Positions 22,401 to 32,894 of a DNA stretch of 60,543 nucleotides are shown one piece after another (within the stretch, counting starts at the first letter, position 1; the number at the start of each line of letters is the position of its first letter). The DNA is from Fonticula alba ATCC 38817 (Eukaryota; Protista; Nucleariida). The position numbers were made by a program, and so were the translations under genes. The stretch lies in assembly GCA_000388065.2 (NCBI GenBank), contig KB932201.1; one strand, written 5' to 3'. Below the pieces are notes generated by a model. That model had not been told where the DNA came from and did no database searches. It saw only the letters and a program-made list of their open reading frames with translations.

Positions 22401-22507
22401 GTGGCCGACAGACGCGAGCCATTCAGGTGGCCATCAGCCAGGCTCGGCGTGCGGCTGGTCGTGCCGATCAGCTTGGCCGCATTTTCGGTCACCAACCCGA
22501 GGACTGA
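16077..22507 (+). CDS. Large hypothetical protein (~1,900 aa) split by assembly artefacts; possible Rrn5-like histone-fold protein
   Basis: ORFs 16077-17360, 17354-17656 and 17469-20978 join in frame once the two adapter+duplicate inserts (176+142=318 nt) are removed. Further exons at ~21030-21335 and 21463-22507 (GTATGT donor at 21336, CAG acceptor at 21462). Contains a Cys cluster (CRMCCRAC...RCTSC) and Ser/Asp-rich tracts. Confidence 0.7.
17120..17452 (+). repeat. 157-bp direct duplication flanking an Illumina adapter (artefact)
   Basis: 17120-17276 is identical to 17296-17452; the copies are separated by adapter sequence. Confidence 0.93.
17277..17295 (+). other. Illumina TruSeq adapter fragment CACGACGCTCTTCCGATCT
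   Basis: Exact match to the 3' end of the TruSeq read-1 primer/adapter. Confidence 0.97.
17514..17778 (+). repeat. 123-bp direct duplication flanking an Illumina adapter (artefact)
   Basis: 17514-17636 is identical to 17656-17778; the copies are separated by adapter sequence. Confidence 0.93.
17637..17655 (+). other. Illumina adapter read-through AGATCGGAAGAGCGTCGTG
   Basis: Exact match to the standard TruSeq read-through sequence (reverse complement of the fragment at 17277). Confidence 0.97.
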
Positions 22508-23629
22508 GCGGAGTCCTCTTTTCCTCACTGCCCTGTGGGGCCGTCTTGACCTTGTGAAATTCTCAAATGCCCCCCATTCTCCTGTTCTTCGATACATCTT
22601 TTTCCTCTCCCCTCCTGCCCTGGATGATGTTGTGCACGCATGCTCGCACACGCGCCCGCGCGGCATCCGGAAACAACAAGAGCGCCTTCCGTGGGTGCAT
22701 GTGCATTCACGCGTTGCGAAGCCCGGATCACCAGATCCCCCAATCCGCTGATCACATGTCAACAACCAACGTTCAAATGGGGGCTAAATGCCACGACACG
22801 ACCTGCTCCTACTCTATGGGGGAACCGGGCCGATGTTCCAGCCTGAGGTGTGGGCTGCCACCGTGGAGCAGGGGGGGGGGGGGGGGNNNNNNNNNNNNNN
22901 NNNNNNNNNNNNNNNNNNNNNNNNNNNNNNNNNNNNNNNNNNNNNNNNNNNNNNNNNNNNNNNNNNNNNNNNNNNNNNNNNNNNNNNNNNNNNNNNNNNN
23001 NNNNNNNNNNNNNNNNNNNNNNNNNNNNNNNNNNNNNNNNNNNNNNNNNNNNNNNGGGATGACGTCGTTTCTCGTTTCCGGTGGAGGGACGGACAGGGGG
23101 GGGGGGGGCCATTTTCCCTGGGTGTCCCGGACCATGTTTCGGGCCATTTCGTGAAATTCCCCGGTCCCGCGCCGAACACGAAAGCGCCAGAACCATCGAC
23201 CAATCCGCCTGGAACCCCCAATTGGTCTTCCTCTGCCCCTGTCTGCCCGGCGACACACCCCTCCGCCGCCGAATACGGCCCACCCATGTGTATGTGGTGT
23301 GCGTGTGTGTGCATGTGTGTGAGTCTCAAAAGGGTCCAGACTAACGGGCCCCCTCTGGCTGTCAGCCAGCCAATAGCGATCTGTTTCCTTCCCCCCCCCC
23401 CTAGGCACCAGTGTTGCTGTACCTCCCCCTTCCCATCGTCCCCCCCCCCTTCGCCTCTCGTCTCTCCCCTCTCTCTCTGTCCCTCTCTCTCTCTCTGTCC
23501 CTCTCTCTCTCTATCCCTCTCTGTCCCCTCCACTCCCACTCGCTTTATTCTCCCTCCCAAGCACGTACACCATGCTCTCTCTCTCTCTCTCCCGACTCCC
23601 CTAACATCTCTCCTGTCAGTATTTGAAAA

Positions 23630-25307
23630 ATGCTTTCCCGTGCCATTCCCCTTGCCCAGACGGCCCGTCTGGTGGCCGCTGGCCAGCTGCGTCGCGCGGC
23701 CCCGGCATCCGGCCTGATGGTGGTCACCCGTGGCATGCACGACTACTACGGCTACGTGTCGAACAACGCCACCAAGCTGCGTCCTCTGCCGCAGAACACC
23801 ATCATCAAGTTCGTCCCCCAGCAGGAGGCCTGGGTGGTCGAGCGCTTCGGTCGGTTCAACCGCATCCTGGAGCCCGGTCTCAACTTCCTGGTCCCCATCA
23901 TCGATCGTGTCAAGTATGTTCAGAGCCTGAAGGAGGTGACCATTGAGATCCCCACCCAGTCGGCCATCACGCATGACAACGTCACCCTGCATCTGGATGG
24001 TGTCCTGTACCTGCGTGTGCTGGACCCCTACAAGGCTTCGTATGGCGTGGAGAACGCCGAGTACGCCGTGGCTCAGCTGGCCCAGACGACCATGCGTTCG
24101 GAGATCGGTAAGATGAACCTGGACAACACCTTCAAGGAGCGCGATCGCCTGAACCACGCCATTGTCGATGCCATGAACAACGCCATCGATGACTGGGGTA
24201 TCCAGTGTCTGCGTTATGAGATCCGTGCGTTTTTGTCGTTCCCTCTCCTCCTCTCTCTTTTTTTTTCTCCCCCTGCCCGGCTCCCTGCCCATTGGTAGGC
24301 TAACGGTCCTCTTCTTGTCGCATGTGGTGATCGGGAACAGGTGATGTCACCATCCCCGATGATATGGTCCGCGCCATGCAGATGCAGGCGTCCGCCGAGC
24401 GCCGCAAGCGTGCGCAGATTCTGGACTCCGAGGCTTCGCGTCAGTCCGACATCAACATCGCCGAGGGTCGGCGCATGGCCGTGGTCCTCGGGTCCGAGGC
24501 TCAGATGGAGGAGTCCATCAACCTGGCGCGAGGTGATGCCCAGGCTATCGAGCTGCGCGCCGCGGCCACCGCCAAGTCCCTTTCCCTGGTCGCTGATGCC
24601 ATCCGCCAGGCTGGGCCGTACGGCCAGCAGGCTGTCGGTCTTCAGGTGGCCGAGCAGTATGTGTCTGGTGCGTACACACAGACGCCCACGCGTCGGAAAG
24701 GGTTTTTTTTTCTTTTGCAAAAGGGTTGCCTTTTGGTTATGGCCTTCACCACCCCTCCCCTGTCTGATGGGGCAAAAAGGGGCCCCAACAGCGTGAAAAG
24801 CACCCACACCCACACCCACACCCACACCCACACACGCGCACGGTCGCATGCTCATCAACTGACTGCTTCATCTATGCACACAGCCTTCTCCAACATCGCC
24901 AAGGAGAGCACGACTGTGCTGCTGCCCGCCGGCATGAGCGACCCCTCGTCCATGATCGCCCAGGTACGCTGATGAAAGGAGATTCCTTGGCTGGGGGGCG
25001 GGGGGCGGGGGGGGGGGGGGGGGGGGATTTTTAAACAATTTTTTCCTACAAAATTCCCCGGCCCCCCTTAAACCCTTTTTCTTCGGTTCCCCCGTTTCCG
25101 CATAATATCCAGGCCATGACCATTTTCTCGAGCCTGAGCAAGAACCCGTCCTCCGCCACTCCGGAGCAGCTGGCTGCTGCTGCTGCTACTGCTTCTCCCG
25201 CTGCCATTGGCGCCTCGGCCACTGGCACTGCCCCGGCCGCCGACAAGAAGCCCTCTGTTCGGGATCCGGTTGCCGCGGAGATCCTCCAGTCCATCACCAA
25301 GTCTTAG
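23630..25307 (+). CDS. STOML2: Stomatin-like protein 2 (mitochondrial SPFH/band-7 protein)
   Basis: Exons 23630-24224, 24341-24667, 24884-24963 and 25113-25307. Motifs FVPQQEAWVVERFGRFNRILEPGL, QSAITHDNVTLHLDGVLY, AQTTMRSEIGK, MQASAERRKRAQIL and AEQYVSAFSNIAKES. The Arg-rich N-terminus looks like a mitochondrial presequence. Confidence 0.95.
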
Positions 25308-26063
25308 ATATAGCTAGCTACCCATATTTCCTGTTTGGGTCCCTTCTTTCTCGCCCTCTTCGCCACTGTCCATCGGCGTGCGGTGTTTTGTGCGCACATA
25401 CGCAAGCGCAACCGGCAGAGATGTACACCGACGAGGGATGATCCTTCTCTCCCCCTCCCCCCTCCTGTCCTAATTTCCTTCTTTTCCTCTCCGGATCAGG
25501 GGTGTGGGGGTTGTGCGTTCGCACGCAAAGGGAACCACCTTCCCCGGGCAGCGGCGACTTCCTGCCTCCACCATCACTTCCCATACCAAATATAGCACAT
25601 AACATTCGAAATCCCGGACACTCGATTCGCTTGCCTTTTGGACTTCTCACAGAGAGGCCTTCCTTATTTTTTTGGCCCCATTTCCTCGGAGAGAAATACC
25701 ACAAAAGTGAGATTGTATGGTTATTCATGTATTCGTTGATGCGGAGGTGCACCTAGCGCGACAAGGGCATACACTGAAGCCGGATAGCCGGAGGAGGGAG
25801 GGACGAGGGTGGGGGAAGTGGGGGAAAAATATGATAGACACACCCAGGGTCATCCTGTTCTCACATGGCTGTTGGCAGTGCGCTGCCTCGCCGGAGTGTC
25901 GTCAGCGCGCAGAGGAGGGGAGAGGAGAGGGATTGAAATGTGAAGAGGAGGAGCCATGATGTCATCCGCGCAAGATGACCCCCACAGAGGGGAGGAGGGG
26001 GGGGGGGGGGGCGGAGACACGATGGGGAAGAGGAGAGAAGAGGGGTCAACAGCCAACAGGGAG

Positions 26064-26342
26064 CTAGTCCTTCCTGTTGGCCTCCTCCTTGAAGACACGG
26101 ACAAACTCCCTCCAGCCTCCCTTGGCGTCAGCGGCCACCTTGTTGGAGTAGTTGGACACACCGCCGCTCTCACGAATCTGGCGCTGGATGTCGCGCTGAG
26201 TGTCGAGGGTCTTCTGCTGGACCTGGCTGATGTTACGATGGGTGAAGATGGCCATGCGCTTGAAGAGTGCTGACTCGCCAAGGCGCTTGATCATATACTC
26301 ATTGATCATGTTGCCAAAGATGCGCGCAAACAGGGCGGACAT
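26064..26342 (-). CDS. 92-aa microprotein, NCBP2AS2/Mrx7-like
   Basis: MSALFARIFGNMINEYMIKRLGESALFKRMAIFT...REFVRVFKEE resembles the family pattern (L.ERL.ES..IRRAAQ.T ... F...F.EE). Codon bias is coding-like. Confidence 0.62.
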   Translation of the reverse strand: MSALFARIFGNMINEYMIKRLGESALFKRMAIFTHRNISQVQQKTLDTQRDIQRQIRESGGVSNYSNKVAADAKGGWREFVRVFKEEANRKD

Positions 26343-28105
26343 GTTGGATTGGTTGACGCAGGTGTGCGGAAGGGGGGGGGGGAGGAGAAGAGGGGAAAAG
26401 ACAGAACCAGGTCGGAGGGTGTGGGCTGAAGCCGGTGGGGGGAACTCCCGGAGGGGGGCCCCTAAAAAGGAGTGGCTCGGTTTCGCCCCGACGCTCACCC
26501 CCGGCCTGTGCATCCTCCCGCCTCGGGCTCCGGCCCCTTGCGCCTCTGGCGAGGGGCCCGGCCGCCAACGTGCCCTTGCCACACTTGGCGGCGTGTCCCC
26601 CGTCCCCGTCCCCCACGGGGATCAACCAACGTCCGCACATGGGCCGCCAAGGGACCCGGGCGCGCCCCCCAGCCCCACCCCCCACAGCCGGGTATCTAGA
26701 TTGTTCGAGCGGGGAGCCGCAGGCCGCGCGTCCAACGGAGGCGGGCAACCCCATCTGGCTCTCCAGGAGGGGGGGGGGGCGGGGGCGCGGGAAGGGGGAC
26801 CGAGGCTCTTCTCTCAAACTTCATACAGAACAGGCCGGGGGGTGCGGGTGCGTCGGGGCCGGAGATAGGGTTGGCGGTGGACGCTCTATGGGGCGTGATT
26901 CATACACATGACAAGGGAACGTGATACGTACCTCGCGGTTGCATTCCGCCCGCTGGTCATCCCGCATGTGCGGCAAACAGGGGGGGATCGGTCCGCCTCC
27001 CCAGAGGGGGAAGTGCCGAGGCGCCCCCCCCCCCCCNNNNNNNNNNNNNNNNNNNNNNNNNNNNNNNNNNNNNNNNNNNNNNNNNNNNNNNNNNNNNNNN
27101 NNNNNNNNNNNNNNNNNNNNNNNNNNNNNNNNNNNNNNNNNNNNNNNNNNNNNNNNNNNNNNNNNNNNNNNNNNNNNNNNNNNNNNNNNNNNNNNNNNNN
27201 NNNNNNNNNNNNNNNNNNNNNNNNNNNNNNNNNNNNNNNNNNNNNNNNNNNNNNNNNNNNNNNNNNNNNNNNNNNNNNNNNNNNNNNNNNNNNNNNNNNN
27301 NNNNNNNNNNNNNNNNNNNNNNNNNNNNNNNNNNNNNNNNNNNNNNNNNNNNNNNNNNNNNNNNNNNNNNNNNNNNNNNNNNNNNNNNNNNNNNNNNNNN
27401 NNNNNNNNNNNNNNNNNNNNNNNNNNNNNNNNNNNNNNNNNNNNNNNNNNNNNNNNNNNNNNNNNNNNNNNNNNNNNNNNNNNNNNNNNNNNNNNNNNNN
27501 NNNNNNNNNNNNNNNNNNNNNNNNNNNNNNNNNNNNNNNNNNNNNNNNNNNNNNNNNNNNNNNNNNNNNNNNNNNNNNNNNNNNNNNNNNNNNNNNNNNN
27601 NNNNNNNNNNNNNNNNNNNNNNNNNNNNNNNNNNNNNNNNNNNNNNNNNNNNNNNNNNNNNNNNNNNNNNNNNNNNNNNNNNNNNNNNNNNNNNNNNNNN
27701 NCCCCCGACACCAAAGGCATTCGCCGCAACCATCGCAACATGCCGCACACAGACCTAGGTGGGCCCAGGCCATCTGGTTGTACGCTTACCAACCGGCGCG
27801 GCCGAGCCATGCCCCGACTGTTTCTTCGGCGGCTCCCGAGGGGCGGGCATGGCATACATAAGCCCATCACAGGCCATCGGCAGCGCATGAGATGGCCTTT
27901 TTCGGCTGCGCCGGCCCATCTCTTTCCCCTGGAGTGATCCACCCCCTCCTCCCGTCCCTGTTGGTTGATATATCTCCATCACTCTTTCTCTCTTCGCCGC
28001 TCCTCCACCACGCGACGCCTGCCACTCCGTTCCCCCCCCCCCCTCCCGTCCTTCGCCCACCCACCCCGGCCCCTTTCAGACAGCCTCGACCACCCGCTTT
28101 ACGCA

Positions 28106-31100
28106 ATGGCCGGGCTTGTCCTCCCCTCCTCGCCGAGGGCGGCGGTCCTGCTCGGGCTGATGGCGCTCTTTGCCATCTGCTCGATGCTTCCGCTGTCCTT
28201 CGCCGCGGCCGCCGATAGGTATGCCCATCACTCGGGGCAGGATCATCATGCCGCTCTGTTCCGCTTTCCTCCTTCTCCCTCTCGATACTCACAGAATGAC
28301 TCATCGCCCTCTTGCTGCCCCCCCCCCCCCCCCTCCCCCGCTGGTCCAGCGAGCCGTGCACTTTGGAGGATATTGCCACCAGCTATACCCCCTGTATGGC
28401 GAACAAGCGCTCCGCCTACTACTACTGGCGTCGCTCTTGTGACACAGACACCTCCGGTTCGTCGCCCCCCCCCCTCCTCCTTNNNNNNNNNNNNNNNNNN
28501 NNNNNNNNNNNNNNNNNNNNNNNNNNNNNNNNNNNNNNNNNNNNNNNNNNNNNNNNNNNNNNNNNNNNNNNNNNNNNNNNNNNNNNNNNNNNNNCCCCTG
28601 CCTCTCCCAGATGTCAAGCTCCCCCAAACCAAGGACAACCTTCCGTGCGATCTGGTCTGTGAGCCTGGCACCTTCCTGCCATTTGCGTCGCTCGAGTGCT
28701 CTCAATGCCAGCCTGGCTTCTACAGTCTCGGCGGGTCGGAGATGTTCGGCGGTGGCATTGACCCGAGCACCGGCGAGGGCGGCTGGCAGCCTCTGCCCCC
28801 GCAGTTTGTCTCGGAGTGCTCCTCCACCACCGGGTCCACCAGCGCGTGGAACTTCCAAGCCATGGCCTCCCCGAAGTCCATGGACGCATCTGTCGAGGCC
28901 TCGTGCAACAGCTGGGCATCCAACTCGAATGGCACCAGTCTGGCCTCCGGTGACAACCGCGCTGCCCATAATTTCTCTGCCAACCTCCACCTGAACGTCG
29001 TGGTAAGTGGCCCTACCACTGTGTTCTGTTCCTCGACCTCTCTTTTGCTTCTCTCCCCCTTGCCATCTCTCCCTCCCTCTCCCTCTCCCTCTCCCTCGCC
29101 CTCCCTTTGGTGTACTGCCATCCCCGTACTCCCAGTCTCACCACCCTCCCCCGCCCCCTTCTGCACCCTTCCTCCTGTCGCCGCCGGTCGTGTGTAGTTT
29201 GTTCGTGAGACCGGCAACCTTATCCGCTTCACCTACAAGGTGGATGCCGAGCGTGGCTATGATGGGTGCGGCCTTGATCCCGTCTCATTGCTACCTTTTC
29301 ATGGCCCACCTCTCGGCCTTTGGCCGGGCTTTTTTCCCCCCTTTCTCCTCTAACCCCTCGCCCATGTCACAGGCTCATCTTCTACATCGACAACAAGGCG
29401 GTCCTCCCGTTGACCTCCTACGCCCCTTGGACCACTGTGGAGTTCCCGGTTACCTCGGGACACCATGCTTTCCGGTGGTCTTACGTCAAGGACAGCTCGG
29501 TTACCTTTGGCCAGGACATGGCACTGATTGATTCGATTGTGGCCGTCGGTGCTTCCTTCGCGTCGGATCACTGCTCGTCTTGCCCGCCAGGCTCGGCAAC
29601 CGCCGAGCATGGTAGCACCGCCTGCAACAATTGCGACTATAACGCCTTTTCGCCGGCCCCCGGCGGTGCCACCCAGTGCCAGGCCTGCCCTGAGCATACA
29701 TACTCCTTCCGTGGCGCGGCCGAGTGCAACAGCCATGTTGCCTGCAAGTCCACCGACTTCTATCCCAACTTTGGTGCCTGCTCCGCTTCTAGTACGTTGT
29801 CCATCCCCCGGCCGTTTCCTTCCCTCTTTCTCTGCCGCTCCCCCTGTCCCATCATCGCAGCCGTCCGTCATGCTGCCTGGCTACTCACCCTTTCCACTCC
29901 GTTCCACTTGCCTCCTCCTGCTCCTGCACTGTCTTCCTTTCTCCTTTTTCTTTGTTCTTTAGCCCTCACCCGCCCGGTGACCTTCTCCCTTGCGGAAATT
30001 GTGCAGAACCACATCCCTGTGTGTGATATCACGCTGCCCGGCAGCGCGCAGGTCCCGGAGCCCACTGAGGATGAGTGCACGTGTGAGCAGGGGCAGTTCT
30101 TGAACACGGCCACGGCCACCTGCGAGTCGTGCCCTGTCGGATCGGCTCTCGTTGCCGACCCGGCTCCTGGGGCTCCTGCGTGTGAGATCTGCCCGGCTGG
30201 CACGGCCGCCGTCCGCGTGGAGTCTGTGACCGAGTGGTCTGCCCTTCCGGCCGGGTTCTCCACCTACTGCGATGGTGGGTGTGATCAGTCTGGCTGGATC
30301 CTGCGTGGCAACCGAATTGTTTCCGGCTACGGCCAGGGCGACGCCATGGATTCGGTGCTGCAGTTCACCCGTGTCTTCCTCCAGCCTGGCACTTTTGAGA
30401 TTGAGTATGATCTCTTCTGCAGGTACTGCCCCTCGCCCTCCTTCCTTTTCCCGCGTGCTATGCGTGGACCTTTTCTCTCTCGGTTCGGCCTTCTTCCCAT
30501 GCGAGCACATTCTCACCCGCGCCTCTCCCTCTGCTGCCCTCCTGGGCCTTTTCCTTCTCCCCCATCGCGCCATCTCCTGATCTCCGGGGCTTCAGTGCGG
30601 TCGGCAACCGGGTTTGCATCATGTACCTGAACATGGACAACCTGGATGATGACATTGCCGACCCTGAGACCTATGCCCTGAACAGGACCAACGGCTCGCG
30701 CGTCACGCGCACCTTCACCATCATGACCCCCGGGACGTATACCTTCTCCGTTGTCTTCCACCTGGGTGCGGTGGCACATGTGCGCAACAATGTGGCCCGC
30801 ATTTACCGGATGGCCTTCAAGGGTGTGGATGCCGGCTCGGCTCCGGTCTGTGAGCCGTGCATGCTGGGCTTTGGCTCGGAGCCCGGGTCTCAGCAGTGTT
30901 CCCCCTGCCCGGTTGGCACCTACGCCCCGACCATCGGGTCCGGCTGCAAGCCGGTGCCGGAGGGCTTCTTCACCGATGTCCCTGGGGCTTCGACTCCGAT
31001 TGCCTGTGGCTCGGGCACCACTTCCAAGCCGGATGGCACCGGCTGCCTGACGGACTGCCTATATCATGCCATGGCACAGTTTGAGCCGCTTCCTGGCAAG

Positions 31101-32333
31101 CCGGAGGGCGATGCCCCCTCGTCGGAGGCCGGCACCCCCCGGACTTGGGATCTCAATCCCCTGTACAATCCGGAGCTGATGTACTTCGCCGGAACCGACT
31201 CGATCGGGCACCAGTACTTCCTGAATGTCTGTGGCACCAAGCACTCCAGTGTGGTCTGCTATGATGCGTCGGGCATTCCGATTCCCACTTTCGCTTGCCA
31301 GCATGTCTTCGACGGCAAGTACTCCGTGGACCTGGGCCGGGTGATTGGCTTCCAGCCATTGGACCCGGCCATGGTGGATCTGGCCCGGCGTACTCGGCCC
31401 AATGAGCCGTGGCCCGCCAATCCCCTGGGGCTGACGCTGATCTTCACGGAGGGCACGCTCGGGTGCGCGGCGTCGCATGGCGGTCGCGCCATCCCCCGGC
31501 GCACTGATGTGACCATGGTCTGCGATCCGGATGCCGGTATCGGCATGCCGGTGCCGATTGCTGGCGGCGATACGGCCGAGCTGGAGCCCCGTAGCTGCCG
31601 GTACAGCTTCGTCTGGCGGTCGACCCACGCCTGCCCGGTGTGTGTGGATGAGGATTTCGAGCTGGTGCGCGGCGAGTGTGTCGATGGGATTCGCAACATT
31701 TCCGCCAAGCGGGTGCGCCCGTGCGCCGGGGCGGTGTCCATTCCGCCGATTCTGGAGCCGTGCTTCCTTTGCCCGGTCGACGGGGAGGGCCGCATGTGCG
31801 GTGGCCATGGTGTGTGCGACGAGCAGACCGGCACGTGTGCCTGTGCCGCCAACTGGAGCGGCGAGACGTGCGAGAGCTGTGATGCCGGTGTCTTCGGCCC
31901 GGAGTGTTCGCAGTTCTGCCCGGGTGGTGTGGACAATGTGTGCAGTGGCCATGGGTCCTGCTCCAGTGGTCGCACGGGCACCGGGATTTGCTCCTGCTCG
32001 GTCGGTTGGACCGGGGACCAGTGTAACTCCTGTGCCGAGGGCTTCGAGGGGGATACCTGCGAGCCTATCCCGGCCACCATTCGTGATGTGGTTCCCTGGT
32101 GGGCCTTCCTGGTGGGCTTCCTTGGTCTGATGCTCCTGGCCCTGCTGCTGGGTCTGGTGTGGTACCAGAAGCGTCGTGCCGAGCACAAGTACTCCCTGCT
32201 GCTGGGTAGCCAGCCGCTTGAGATGGATGTCGGTTTTGCCGGGTCCAAGGATGGTCACCTGGCCCTGGGCGAGGAGTTCCATCTGCCGGAGGATGACGAT
32301 GAAGACATCCTCGGCGTCGGTGCTGGTATCTAG
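28106..32333 (+). CDS. ELAPOR: ELAPOR/KIAA1324-family type I membrane protein (Cys-rich repeats, MRH-like domain, EGF-like repeats, TM); N gap inside
   Basis: Signal peptide; CTLEDIATSYTPC; CDLVCEPGTFL...CSQCQPGFYSLGG; repeated C..CP.GT motifs; MRH-like WDLNPLY...HQYFLNVCG and RRTDVTMVCDP...YSFVWRSTHACP; EGF-like CGGHGVCD...C.CAANWSGETC; TM WWAFLVGFLGLMLLALLLGLVWY; tail with YSLL and an acidic cluster. Confidence 0.85.
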
Positions 32334-32894
32334 AAGGATTTAGGCATGTACACGAGGGGGAGGGGAGAAAGATAAAGAAAGACCCCATCCTTTTCGGTGG
32401 TGCGCCTCTCCCCCCCCTTCTGCCCCCCCAGCGCCTTTGCCTCCCGGATCCCCCCCCACCCCCCCCCCCTCCCCCCTCCCCCCTCCCCTCCCTCCTCCCT
32501 CTTCGACGACATCCCATACTAGCGCGTCATCTCATGTGACCCCTCCGTGCCTTGGCACACAATAAACATTTTGAGATACATTTCCAGCAATCGGAGGAAG
32601 ATCACCTCCTTGTATTGGGAAGAGCGTTGATGCTCGACAATGGGGGCGCGTCGTATGTGCACGAGCGAGAGGAGGAGAAGGGGAGCCAATGCATGGTTCT
32701 CCTGTGTAGTCTATTGGGAAAGGATGTAGGGGTGGAAGATGGGATGAGGGTTGAGGTGGTGGGCAGAGAGGGCGCGAGAGAGAGAGAGAGAGAGAGAGAG
32801 GGCAGGGGGGGGGGGGGAGAAAGAGAGAAAGCCAAGGGCCCGGAGGAACAAAAGCTGGGAATACATTCACAGGGAGCGCGGGAGAATGGGGCCT

